In this document: positions 47,444 to 56,244 of the stretch, piece after piece | Position numbering within the stretch: position 1 is the first letter of the stretch | How the letters are laid out: each line of letters starts with the position of its first letter | Origin: an uncultured Actinomycetes bacterium | GTDB lineage: Bacteria; Actinomycetota; Acidimicrobiia; Acidimicrobiales; Ilumatobacteraceae | Reading direction: 5' to 3' | Length of the DNA: 64,000 nt | NCBI GenBank assembly: GCA_937902105.1 | Contig: CALGTP010000696.1 | Location: 1,209-65,208, forward strand | Made by a program: the position numbers and the translations under genes | Notes under the pieces: generated by a model | Seen by the model: the letters and a program-made list of their open reading frames with translations, nothing else | Databases searched by the model: none | Told to the model about the DNA's origin: nothing

Positions 47444-48627
47444 GACAAATACTCAAACTTGCGACGCCATTCGTCAAGGGCCGCATCAATCTGTACTGGC
47501 ACCACTGGCGGCGAGATGAGATAACCCTGTGCCGCATCACAGCCGAGATCACGCACCATACGAAACTGATCCGCTGTTTCAACGCCTTCGGCAACCACTT
47601 GCATATTGAGTGAATGCCCCACGTCGATACCCGATCGCACCATCGGGTCTGGCTCCACAGCAGCAATATCTAAACGACTCACCATCGCTCGATCAATTTT
47701 TAGTTCCGTAAATGGGGCTACTAACAGTCGCTCATAGTTGCTAGTGCCAGTACCAAAATCATCAACCGATAAACGAAAACCTGCGATGCGCAAGCGGGTC
47801 AAGATGGCCAAGGCAGGCGCGACATCAGTAATTGGCGCAGTTTCAGTGACCTCAAATGTCCATCTCTCACTAGGTGCCGCCTCAAGAAGGACGCGTTGCG
47901 CTCGTCGCGGCAATTCCTCGTCGTTGAGGTCCAACACGGAAATATTGATTGAGATATCAGCAAGCGATGCCAAAGCGCGATAGCGCTTTCGATCACGAGC
48001 AGCCATCGTCATCACTAAATCCAATAACTCGCTGGTGCGGGCCTCTTGTTCAATGAGGGCGACCAAAATCGCTGGCGAAACATCTCCGTGGTCTTTGTGG
48101 CGCCAACGAACGAGCGCTTCAACACCGAGCGCTTCACCTGTCTGCGTGGAGACCTTGGGTTGATAGGCGAGATGTAAAAGATCTGGATCCAATAACAAAT
48201 CGGCATTGATGATCACCTTGGGTCCGGTCGGATCCAAGCCCTGATCAATCACCTGCGACCATTCCGTCATCGCCGTTTTCAACACATCCAGCGAAAATGG
48301 CTTGGCGAAGGTCCCGATGACGCGGAGTTTGTGCATCTCGGCAATTCGACCAGCTGTATCCAGCAGTGTTTGATCTGCCCCACTCACCAGAATCACGGGC
48401 ATGCCACGATGAGTTGCGCCCAACTTGCTCATGATCTCAATGCCATCTATTTCGCCAAGTGACAGATCAAGGACAACCAAGTCAAAACGACCACCGATGG
48501 CATCCTCAATATCTCTGGGAAGACTGGCCGATGTCGCTTCAAAGCCAGCCGACTCGGCCACAGCCACGATCAGTTCACAAATCGCTTCTTCGTCATCAAT
48601 AACCAAAACTTTGGGTGTATCACTCAT
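47440..48627 (-). CDS. Response regulator with EAL (c-di-GMP phosphodiesterase) output domain
   Basis: The REC domain is VLVIDDEE...DLVVLDLSLGEIDG. The EAL domain has all the catalytic-type motifs I could check: EALVRW, EVTE, DDFGTG, KIDR, EGVET and QGY. An ATGA overlap couples it to the upstream kinase gene. Confidence 0.85.
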   Translation of the reverse strand: MSDTPKVLVIDDEEAICELIVAVAESAGFEATSASLPRDIEDAIGGRFDLVVLDLSLGEIDGIEIMSKLGATHRGMPVILVSGADQTLLDTAGRIAEMHKLRVIGTFAKPFSLDVLKTAMTEWSQVIDQGLDPTGPKVIINADLLLDPDLLHLAYQPKVSTQTGEALGVEALVRWRHKDHGDVSPAILVALIEQEARTSELLDLVMTMAARDRKRYRALASLADISINISVLDLNDEELPRRAQRVLLEAAPSERWTFEVTETAPITDVAPALAILTRLRIAGFRLSVDDFGTGTSNYERLLVAPFTELKIDRAMVSRLDIAAVEPDPMVRSGIDVGHSLNMQVVAEGVETADQFRMVRDLGCDAAQGYLISPPVVPVQIDAALDEWRRKFEYLS

Positions 48628-50915
48628 AGTGAATTTTCACCGCCACCCAATTGGTCGACAGATGTATCTCCATCGCGATGGGCGATGAAGGGCGACAAGG
48701 CGCTGTACAGATCTTCGCGGGAAAAAGGTTTCGCCAGAGTACGTTCTCCGAGTTCTTGCAAGTTTCTCATCTGCTCTGAATAACCAGTCATGAAAATAAC
48801 TGCCAGATCGGGCACAATCGCTACAGCCAGGCGAGCGAGTTGAATCCCGTCAACTTCTTCTCCAAAATTTGCATCTGAGACAAGGACATCAGGTTCAAAA
48901 ATCTCAATCATTTCTAAGGCTGCCTTCGGTGAGGTGGCAAACCGCGCATCAATGCCCATGTCAATCAGCCAGGAGGCCACCATCTCCGCTAAAGATTGCT
49001 CATCATCGGCCACCACAACACGACGACCTGAACGGCGTTGCACCACTGTCGCCGTGCGAGTTTGCTGACCTGAGTAAATCGGCAAACTGAGCGTCACCGT
49101 CGTACCGATACCGAGGCGACTCTCCAGAGATGCCGATCCCCCACTTTGCTGAGCAAAGGCATAAACAGTTGCCAGACCAAGTCCAGTGCCTCGACCTACT
49201 CCTTTAGTGGTGAAGAAGGGCTCAAAGGCGCGTGACACAACATCTGCTGGCATTCCCTTGCCGTCATCTGCCACCGAGAGCTCCAGAAAGCCACTGTCTG
49301 AGTTAGTGCGCGCAGAAATTCGCAGCGTTCCTGTGGGGCCCATGGCATCTCGTGAATTGAATGCGAGATTCAAAATACAACTTGATAAGCGACCGGCGTC
49401 CACCATCAACTGGACAGTGGGATCAGCGAAATCAACTGTCACTTGGCGACCCTCACCGAGCGCTTGGCGAACAAGAGGAAGTAGACCCTTAATCAATTCT
49501 GAAAGCGTCACCGCGCTTTCTTCGAGAGGCTGGCTGCGAGCGACTGCCAACAACGATTTCGTAATCTCTGCGCCGCGTTCAACAGCGGTAATTGAGCGGG
49601 AAACAAACTTTGACAACTTCTCATCGCCGGTGACTTTTTCATGTATCGCCATCAACTGCAGGTTGCCAAGCGTGACGAATAAAAGATTGTTGAAGTCATG
49701 GGCCAAGCCACCAGCCAAAGCACCCAAAGATTCCATTCGCTCTGACTGCGCCGAACGCATCGCCAAGTTGCGGCGCTCAGTTGCGTCTAAAGAATGCAAC
49801 AGACCGAGTGGATTGATTGTGTTCGGACCAATTGGTCTGGCTTCAAGTTCAAAGATGCGCATTGTGCTTTCGGTGTCATCTTCAGCCAACTCGGCGTATC
49901 CCGGTCCGCCGTCCAGGGCCTGCTGCAACAAATCGGTGACTAATCGGGCCCGACCAGATTGTGCATTCAGGTCAAAGAGTTCAATCACTGGTAAGCCAGG
50001 AATTTTTGTCGAAAACTTCTCTCGCACCTCTTTATTGGCAATCACCACGCGAAAATCTGCATCAAAAACAACCGACATGCCAGGAGTCGTGTCAAGAGCT
50101 GCTTCTAGAAGTGATTCACGGCGTAGCGCTTGTACTTCCATTGCGAAGTGAGCGTTGGCCGAACGCAAACAAAAAAGTAAAAGCAGCGCCGTAAAAATTA
50201 ATTCAATGCCATAGACAATGAAAATAACTGGGTCACCTGAAGCAAGATCGGTGCCAGCGACATCTGTCAAACGTGCCCATACTTGGCGCGTCACTTGGGC
50301 TGCCACGAATGACACCAGAATGATCATCAGTGGTGTGATCAGTTTTGTGGCCGAGGATCGGTCATATGTAAACCAATGGGCGGCTCGTCGCGTGGCTACC
50401 ATCGCCGCCAGGCATGAAGCAATGCCCAAGCCGAGAGCGCAATCAAAAAATGAAACTGCTTCACCTTGACCTGCCACATGAAGCACCAATACTTCAAGAC
50501 CTGCGCCGACTACCCCAAGGACACCGACACCTAATAGAAATGTCAAGATGCGCCGCGAGGGGGCATGCGATGACATCGCCGCTGTCGTGCGTTGCAGAAC
50601 CGTGGCCAGCATCACGATCTCAATGATTCCGACACAGCCCAGCACAAGCAGTGCCAGCATCGATACTCCACCGAGTTCATCGCCTATACGGGAACCTAAA
50701 AATGCGTATCCCAATAGCAAACCAACTGAGGCACTTGCCCCACAAACCCATCCCTTGAAGATCCATGCAATCGCCGCTACCGCCACGGCAAAGCGCACGT
50801 CCACCCAACCGCCAACCGTCGGCCACACTGCAGCACATGTTGCTAGGCACGATCCAACGCACCAAGTTGCTGCGGGCTGAGAAGAGTGGCGAGGCGATTT
50901 CATAAGTTTTTCCAA
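48624..50915 (-). CDS. Hybrid sensor histidine kinase (polytopic N-terminal sensor, PAS-like, HisKA, HATPase_c, C-terminal REC)
   Basis: About 7 predicted TM helices span the first ~270 aa. The H-box is LGALAGGLAHDFNNLL. The N/G boxes are ...LNLAFNSRDAM..., DDGKGM and FEPFFTTK..G.GTGLGLA. The REC domain is VVVADDEQ...DVLVSDANFG. The start is TTG 50915 or ATG 50903. Confidence 0.85.
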   Translation of the reverse strand: MEKLMKSPRHSSQPAATWCVGSCLATCAAVWPTVGGWVDVRFAVAVAAIAWIFKGWVCGASASVGLLLGYAFLGSRIGDELGGVSMLALLVLGCVGIIEIVMLATVLQRTTAAMSSHAPSRRILTFLLGVGVLGVVGAGLEVLVLHVAGQGEAVSFFDCALGLGIASCLAAMVATRRAAHWFTYDRSSATKLITPLMIILVSFVAAQVTRQVWARLTDVAGTDLASGDPVIFIVYGIELIFTALLLLFCLRSANAHFAMEVQALRRESLLEAALDTTPGMSVVFDADFRVVIANKEVREKFSTKIPGLPVIELFDLNAQSGRARLVTDLLQQALDGGPGYAELAEDDTESTMRIFELEARPIGPNTINPLGLLHSLDATERRNLAMRSAQSERMESLGALAGGLAHDFNNLLFVTLGNLQLMAIHEKVTGDEKLSKFVSRSITAVERGAEITKSLLAVARSQPLEESAVTLSELIKGLLPLVRQALGEGRQVTVDFADPTVQLMVDAGRLSSCILNLAFNSRDAMGPTGTLRISARTNSDSGFLELSVADDGKGMPADVVSRAFEPFFTTKGVGRGTGLGLATVYAFAQQSGGSASLESRLGIGTTVTLSLPIYSGQQTRTATVVQRRSGRRVVVADDEQSLAEMVASWLIDMGIDARFATSPKAALEMIEIFEPDVLVSDANFGEEVDGIQLARLAVAIVPDLAVIFMTGYSEQMRNLQELGERTLAKPFSREDLYSALSPFIAHRDGDTSVDQLGGGENSL

Positions 50916-51089
50916 TCCAAGTTGACTCGGATGAGAACAAAGATGGCGTTACCTGATCGTACGCCGATTGACCCTCCTACTCAGGGCATATCAACATCTC
51001 CGCGGGCGGCCTTGGATCAAGCAGTGAGTTTCGCGGTTCGATACTTGCTCTAACTGAAAGATCTCGCCGAGTTTGTGAGATTATGAACT

Positions 51090-51578
51090 ATGAGCCTGAT
51101 CAATACACCAATCAATACCCTGTCCGGTCAAGAAACAACTTTGGGAGGACTTGGAGCCGACCTGATGCTGGTCGTCAATGTCGCCAGCAAGTGTGGACTC
51201 ACGCCGCAATACACGGGTCTTGAAGCGTTACACGAGAAGTATGCCAACCGTGGTTTCAGCGTTGTCGGTGTTCCGTGTAATCAGTTCATGGGTCAAGAGC
51301 CGGGTACCGCCGAAGAGATCGCGACGTTTTGTTCGACGTCATACGGTGTCACTTTCCCGCTTCTTGAAAAGATTGAAGTCAACGGTGAAGGCAGCCATGC
51401 CATCTACACGGAACTCACAGCCTCGGCCGATGCCGAAGGCCACACGGGTGACATCCGCTGGAACTTTGAAAAGTTTCTTGTGAGCAAGTCGGGCGACATC
51501 ATCGGGCGATTTGCTCCCATGGTCCAGCCAGATGACGCGACTTTGGTTGCCGCCATTGAGGCACACCTTTCGCGCTAA
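51090..51578 (+). CDS. Glutathione peroxidase family protein (Cys-type)
   Basis: The motifs VVNVASKCGLTPQY, ...FPCNQF-like (VPCNQFMGQEPG) and WNFEKFLV are GPx signatures. The active site is Cys, not an in-frame TGA. Confidence 0.9.
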   Translation: MSLINTPINTLSGQETTLGGLGADLMLVVNVASKCGLTPQYTGLEALHEKYANRGFSVVGVPCNQFMGQEPGTAEEIATFCSTSYGVTFPLLEKIEVNGEGSHAIYTELTASADAEGHTGDIRWNFEKFLVSKSGDIIGRFAPMVQPDDATLVAAIEAHLSR

Positions 51579-51627
51579 GTTTTTCATGTGAGTGCCCGAG
51601 AGTTACCTCGGGGATCAAGGGGGAATC

Positions 51628-52416
51628 ATGTCGCATACGCATCAAAGTGAACGCGTCGCTATTGTCACTGGGGCCGCCGATGGAATTGGTGCAGGCATTG
51701 TTCGTCGATTAGTGGAAGACGGCGTTCGTGTTGTGGCTGCAGATATTGATGTTGAGTCAGGTGCAGCACTGCAGGCTCAATTCGGCGAGCGGGTGCGATT
51801 CGTGCGAACAGATGTCACCAGTGAGCAAGACATCGTTGCCTTAGTCGCCAGCGCCATGTCTGTCTTTGGCAAGGTAGACATTTTGGTCAACAATGCTTGG
51901 GGTGGCGGCGGCATGGGACGCGTCGAACATAAAACTAATGAGTTACTTCAACATGGCTTAGATATGGCCTTCTATGCCGCTTTTTGGGCAATGCGCGAAT
52001 GTTTCCCAATCATGAGAGCACAGTCGTGGGGTCGAGTCATCAACATGTGCTCACTCAATGGAGTCAACGCTCACATGGGAACTCTCGAGTACAACGTCGG
52101 TAAAGAAGCCTTGCGCTCGTTGACGAGAACGGCCGCCCGTGAATGGGCGGCAACGGGCATCGTCGTCAACGCTCTCTGTCCGGCGGCCAAGAGCGCTGCT
52201 TTTCGCCGGGTCATGAGCCAGCACCCGGAATTAGTTGCTTCCGCCGATGCTCACAATCCAACGGGGCGAATTGGCGACCCGTACGACGACATCGCTCCCG
52301 TTGTCTCTTTTCTCGCCAGTGAAGATTGTCGATATATGACAGGGAACACGCTTTTTGTGGATGGTGGCACACATATCAACGGTTCGTCATGGGCCCCAGA
52401 TCTTGGTGATCACTGA
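51628..52416 (+). CDS. Short-chain dehydrogenase/reductase (SDR)
   Basis: The ATG at 51628 is preceded by AGGGGG. VAIVTGAADGIG is the TGxxxGxG motif. NNAW, the catalytic context ...S....Y..GK (YNVGK) and a C-terminal ...GNTLFVDGG follow. Confidence 0.85.
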   Translation: MSHTHQSERVAIVTGAADGIGAGIVRRLVEDGVRVVAADIDVESGAALQAQFGERVRFVRTDVTSEQDIVALVASAMSVFGKVDILVNNAWGGGGMGRVEHKTNELLQHGLDMAFYAAFWAMRECFPIMRAQSWGRVINMCSLNGVNAHMGTLEYNVGKEALRSLTRTAAREWAATGIVVNALCPAAKSAAFRRVMSQHPELVASADAHNPTGRIGDPYDDIAPVVSFLASEDCRYMTGNTLFVDGGTHINGSSWAPDLGDH

Positions 52417-52432
52417 CCTGCGGTTTAGGAAA
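52415..52432 (+). repeat. Direct repeat copy 1 (18 bp, gacctgcggtttaggaaa)
   Basis: It is identical to 58970-58987 and overlaps the last two bases of the SDR stop codon (TGA 52414-52416). Confidence 0.9.
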
Positions 52433-52570
52433 AGGGTGAAACCTGTCTAAATTCGACTTGACAAGATCTGCCTGTCCAGATTTTCTGGGCTCGTGTCTCC
52501 ACTGATCTCGTTCAGTCTTCGGATGTCTCACCTAGTTGTGCAATGAATTGTGCAACAGCTGAGAAGGATC

Positions 52571-52939
52571 TCATGGGAAGTAGCCGCTGACATCAACCAA
52601 CAGATCGGTGTTTCCGTACACATTGAAACACACATAACCATCAGCCGACACCGGAGCAATCACCGCATTTGGAATTGTCTGACCACCAGCAAAATTCAGA
52701 TTCGATGCATCAGGAACAGCAGTACTCAACGAATCACACGGATACACAGTCACAAACCCGTAACCACCCGCATCAAACCCTTCAACAGCAGTCACGTTCA
52801 AAGCAACCGCACCAATACCAGACGACGGCAAACCAGTCGCCCCACCAGTCGTAGTCGTCGCACCAGCAATCTTGACCCGCTTCACCCTCTTTGTTGCCGG
52901 ACACCATTTTCTGGCTGCTTCAGCACACCATCCCCTCAA
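52571..52939 (-). pseudogene. Remnant (C-terminal ~95 aa) of a secreted/cell-surface actinobacterial repeat-domain protein
   Basis: The translation ends ...GLPSSGIGAVALNVTAVEGFDAGGYGFVTVYPCDSLSTAVPDASNLNFAGGQTIPNAVIAPVSADGYVCFNVYGNTDLLVDVSGYFP. This matches from memory the widespread actinobacterial module ...LNVT...G(F/Y)LTVYPCG...SNLNF..GQT..N.V...V...G.VC.Y.....D...DV.GYF. That module normally follows a longer N-terminal region, whereas here only a short, non-native-looking leader (MRGWCAEAARKWCPATKR) precedes it. Confidence 0.45.
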
Positions 52940-53020
52940 CAGTCCCCATTTGAGCCACGATTACCACGCCGCTACAGACGGTATGTCATCGATCTTCCGG
53001 CTTTTGTGGGATAGAGCCCT

Positions 53021-55303
53021 TTATTGACGTGCTAAAGCGGCACGTTGTTCACCTTCTGGGTCACGGTACGCACGACCAATTGCATCAATCACTACTCGAT
53101 GAAGAACTCCCTCGGGCATCTCGAATTTGCCTGGGAGATCAGACGAAATTGAACCCATCCGTTGGTAACCCACTGAGAACGGATCAACTCCGTACGTGAT
53201 TGGGGTGGTGATGGGAATGTCGCCACTGCCCATTGGCACATCGCCGTAATACAAATTCATCTCACCGCGGAAACGTCCTGTTGCATTGAATACAGCACGT
53301 ACAAGAATGTCACCGGCAGGAAGCTCTTCGCTTGCAGACACCGTTGTTGCACTTGAACCAAGAAAGTTATGCACGTAGTGAAGTCGACGACCTTTGATAT
53401 AGAGCGCATATCCACCTGCATGACCTCCATGACAGACGATGATTCCGTCACAGTTGGCACCTGCGGTAATCGTGAGTTCTGCATTGATGTGAAATGAGCG
53501 ATTGCGCAAGTTAGGTGCAGTGGTTTCCGGAATAGATGCGATGCCGTGGTGATAGATATATCGCTGACGTTGCCAACGACGATCTCTGAATCTCATCGGA
53601 GTGTTATTCAGCGGCAACACCTGGTTCTTCTCTGCTTCTTGCCACCACAGTTTTTTCATTTCTTCCAACTTGTCGGGGAGCTGTGCTGCGACATCGTGAC
53701 ATTCCGAAAAATCCTCGGCAACGTGGTAGAGCTCCCACACATCTTCTTCAAATGAGCGTGTGGAGATGCCTCGATCTTCGTAGTTCGACATCATGGGTGG
53801 GTGAAATACCACTGCTTTCCACCCATCGTGATAAATCGCACGTGACCCCATCATTTCGTAGTACTGCGTGAGGTGACGTTGAGGGGCTGCGGCGTCATTC
53901 ATGGTGTACGCAAAGCTTGTTCCCTCTATTGGGCTTTGAGTAACCCCCTTTATTTCCTTCGGCATCTCTATGCCAATGAGTTCCAGAAGAGTGGGAGCAA
54001 GATCGATTGCATGCACATACTGGCGGCGCGTTTGCCCAGGTGTTCCGAGGCCAGCTGGCCAATGCACAATCATGGGATCACACACGCCTCCCTCGTGGGT
54101 ATCACGCTTGAATCTCTTCAAAGGAGTATTGCCAGCCCATGCCCAACCCCACGGGTAGTGGTTATTGGAGTGTTGCGTACCGATGTCATCAATGTGCTTG
54201 AGATTCTCTTCAAGACTTTCTGGAACAAAGTTGAAGAAGTACTTCTCGTTGTGGCTTCCAGAAGGGCCACCTTCGGCAGATGCACCGTTGTCGCTCATGA
54301 TGACAACAATCGTGTTGTCAAGTTCTCCCAATGAATCAATGAACTGTAAGAGACGACCTACTTGTTCATCGGTGTGTGTCATGAAGCCTGCGAACGCTTC
54401 CATTAATCGAGTGAAGAGACGTCGCTGGTCAACGCTGAGTGTGTCCCATGCAGGGACCCACGAAGGACGTTCAGACAACTCTGTGCCATCGGGCAATAAG
54501 CCACTATCTACTTGTCGCGTGAAAACTTCCTCGCGCCATGCATCCCAACCTTTGTCGAACTTGCCTTTGTAAGCGTCAATATATTTTTTGGGTGCTTGAT
54601 GTGGCGCGTGACATGCACCTGGTGCGTAATACATAAAGAAAGGCTTCACTGGGGAGAAGGCTCGTAGATCTTTGATGTATTGAATGGCGCGATCAGTCAT
54701 GTCTTCTGTGATGTGGTACCCCTCTTCTGGAGTTTTGGGTGGTTCCACTTGATGATTGTCGTGAATGAGGTCCGGATGATACTGATCTGTCTCGCCCGCA
54801 AGAAATCCATAGAAGCGATCAAAGCCTTTGCTCAATGGCCAGTGAGTACGTGGACCACCGTCATTGTTTTCATATGCAGGGGCTAAGTGCCATTTACCCA
54901 ATGCAAATGTTGCATAGCCATTCATATTCAGTACTTCGGAAAGAAAGCCATTTTCGGGTGGAATGTTTGCGTCGTAGCCCGGAAATCCCTGTGCTAAATC
55001 CACTACACATGCCATGCCAGAGGCGTGGTGATTGCGTCCGGTGAGCAAACATGCACGCGTAGGTGAGCACAACGCTGTGGTGTGATAGTTCGAATAACGA
55101 AGACCTTTATCTGCGAGAGCATCAAAGGTTGGCGTATCTAGGTCTGAGCCATAGCAACCGAACTGGGCATACCCCACATCGTCAAGCAACACAACAACAA
55201 CATTGGGTGCATCTTCTCGCGGTGTCTGGATAGGTGGCCACCAGGGCTCTGAGTCCTCGAAATAACGACCAACTTTGCCTTGGAAATCTTTGTTCAAGCC
55301 CAT
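53021..55303 (-). CDS. Arylsulfatase (formylglycine-dependent type I sulfatase, large form)
   Basis: 760 aa. NVVVVLLDDVGYAQFGCYGS is followed by the sulfatase signature TALCSPTRACLLTGRNHH (C-x-P-x-R FGly motif), GKWHL and ...SDNGA.... Confidence 0.9.
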   Translation of the reverse strand: MGLNKDFQGKVGRYFEDSEPWWPPIQTPREDAPNVVVVLLDDVGYAQFGCYGSDLDTPTFDALADKGLRYSNYHTTALCSPTRACLLTGRNHHASGMACVVDLAQGFPGYDANIPPENGFLSEVLNMNGYATFALGKWHLAPAYENNDGGPRTHWPLSKGFDRFYGFLAGETDQYHPDLIHDNHQVEPPKTPEEGYHITEDMTDRAIQYIKDLRAFSPVKPFFMYYAPGACHAPHQAPKKYIDAYKGKFDKGWDAWREEVFTRQVDSGLLPDGTELSERPSWVPAWDTLSVDQRRLFTRLMEAFAGFMTHTDEQVGRLLQFIDSLGELDNTIVVIMSDNGASAEGGPSGSHNEKYFFNFVPESLEENLKHIDDIGTQHSNNHYPWGWAWAGNTPLKRFKRDTHEGGVCDPMIVHWPAGLGTPGQTRRQYVHAIDLAPTLLELIGIEMPKEIKGVTQSPIEGTSFAYTMNDAAAPQRHLTQYYEMMGSRAIYHDGWKAVVFHPPMMSNYEDRGISTRSFEEDVWELYHVAEDFSECHDVAAQLPDKLEEMKKLWWQEAEKNQVLPLNNTPMRFRDRRWQRQRYIYHHGIASIPETTAPNLRNRSFHINAELTITAGANCDGIIVCHGGHAGGYALYIKGRRLHYVHNFLGSSATTVSASEELPAGDILVRAVFNATGRFRGEMNLYYGDVPMGSGDIPITTPITYGVDPFSVGYQRMGSISSDLPGKFEMPEGVLHRVVIDAIGRAYRDPEGEQRAALARQ

Positions 55304-55341
55304 TGTGTTCCCCCTGTATGAAGTTGTAATTCGCGTGATTT

Positions 55342-56193
55342 TTACTCGGTGACGCAGCGATTTGTGGTGGTGCCGATTCCGTCAATTGTGGAGACCAGTA
55401 CGTCTCCAGGTGTGAGAAACACTGCGGGCGTGCGCGAGACGCCCACTCCACCTGGCGTGCCAGTGAAAATGACATCGCCTGGAAGCAACTGCACGATGTC
55501 GGAAAGATACGCGATGATGTCAGACACACTGAAGATCAAATCGTCAGTGGAAGTATCTTGCACGATTTCTCCATTAAGTGTGCATGTCATGCGTAAGGCA
55601 TCTCGTTGAGGTACGTCGGCTGCATCAACAAGCCACGGACCAAAAGGTGAATAGTTTTTGCGACTCTTACCCAAACTGAACTGGGGTGGTCGGATTGCAA
55701 ATTGGAGTGCGCGATCGGAAATGTCTTGGCCAACTGCAATACCTGCAACATGTTCCCATGCATCCTCTGGTGCGATATTGCGTCCACCATCTGCAATCAC
55801 AACCACAAGTTCCACTTCCCAGTCAATGGACGAACCCACTAGAGGAATGTCGGCATTTCCATGTGCCACAGATGAGGTGTACTTCGTAAATGTCAAAGGC
55901 GAGGTGGGAATAGGAAGTCCACTCTCCTCAGCATGTGAGCGGTAGTTCAATCCGATGCCAAATACTTGAAAGGGCCAGGGGGACGGCGCATCGAGATCAT
56001 TCACATCGCAGAGTTCGCCGGAGCCATCGGGAATGGTTATCGCGAACTCGCGGAGTTCTTTCCATCTACGAAAGGCATCAATGGGTTCAGAAGAGAACTT
56101 GCCATTGCTCGCAATTTCGAGATCCACCAATCGATTCTCGGATCCGACGACGAGGTGAGCACGGCCATTACGTGAGGCGAAACGAAGTGTCAT
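55342..56193 (-). CDS. Fumarylacetoacetate hydrolase (FAH) family protein (2-keto-4-pentenoate hydratase / oxo-acid hydrolase type)
   Basis: The ATG at 56193 gives MTLRFA...; the ORF's GTG is at 56202. The C-terminal FAH fold motifs are ...GIGLNY..H..E..., ...DWEVELVVVI..., ...GKS...SP.GPWLV and ...PGDVI.TGTP.GVG. Confidence 0.85.
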   Translation of the reverse strand: MTLRFASRNGRAHLVVGSENRLVDLEIASNGKFSSEPIDAFRRWKELREFAITIPDGSGELCDVNDLDAPSPWPFQVFGIGLNYRSHAEESGLPIPTSPLTFTKYTSSVAHGNADIPLVGSSIDWEVELVVVIADGGRNIAPEDAWEHVAGIAVGQDISDRALQFAIRPPQFSLGKSRKNYSPFGPWLVDAADVPQRDALRMTCTLNGEIVQDTSTDDLIFSVSDIIAYLSDIVQLLPGDVIFTGTPGGVGVSRTPAVFLTPGDVLVSTIDGIGTTTNRCVTE

Positions 56194-56208
56194 AAAAGGC
56201 ACTATAGT

Positions 56209-56218
56209 CCTAATTAGG
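56209..56218. promoter_or_regulatory. Perfect 10-bp palindrome cctaattagg in the 51-nt divergent promoter region (candidate TetR operator)
   Basis: It lies between the FAH-family start (56193, minus) and the dioxygenase start (56245, plus). A TetR gene is the second gene of the plus-strand operon. Confidence 0.3.
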
Positions 56219-56244
56219 CAGTTGTCTAAACCTTGGAGGAAATC

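Noticed and set aside
49186-50151. A 321-aa ORF on the plus strand, antisense to the hybrid histidine kinase. Similar long antisense ORFs occur at 4433-4996 and 17204-17875.
   Set aside because: The Ser/Arg/Ala-rich composition is typical of the reverse frame of a GC-biased coding region. No motifs are present, and each ORF is fully embedded in a gene with strong family signatures on the other strand.
50943-51053. A 36-codon ORF (MALPDRTPIDPPTQGIS…) in the 174-nt gap between the kinase gene and the glutathione peroxidase gene.
   Set aside because: It has only a weak purine-rich stretch upstream, no recognisable motif and is too short to evaluate by composition. It is noted only in case of ribosome-profiling data.
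51090-51578. Selenocysteine recoding in the glutathione peroxidase.
   Set aside because: The active-site codon is a normal Cys codon (…NVASKCGLT…) and there is no in-frame TGA.
51594-51611. The hairpin cccgag-agttac-ctcggg after the glutathione peroxidase gene, as an intrinsic terminator.
   Set aside because: The 6-bp stem has no following U-tract, and it lies just upstream of the SDR gene RBS, so the evidence for a terminator is insufficient.
52550-53014. A 154-aa plus-strand ORF rich in T/S/R/H/Q opposite the gene remnant.
   Set aside because: It has low-complexity, non-protein-like composition. The opposite strand carries a recognisable conserved domain, so this is its shadow frame.
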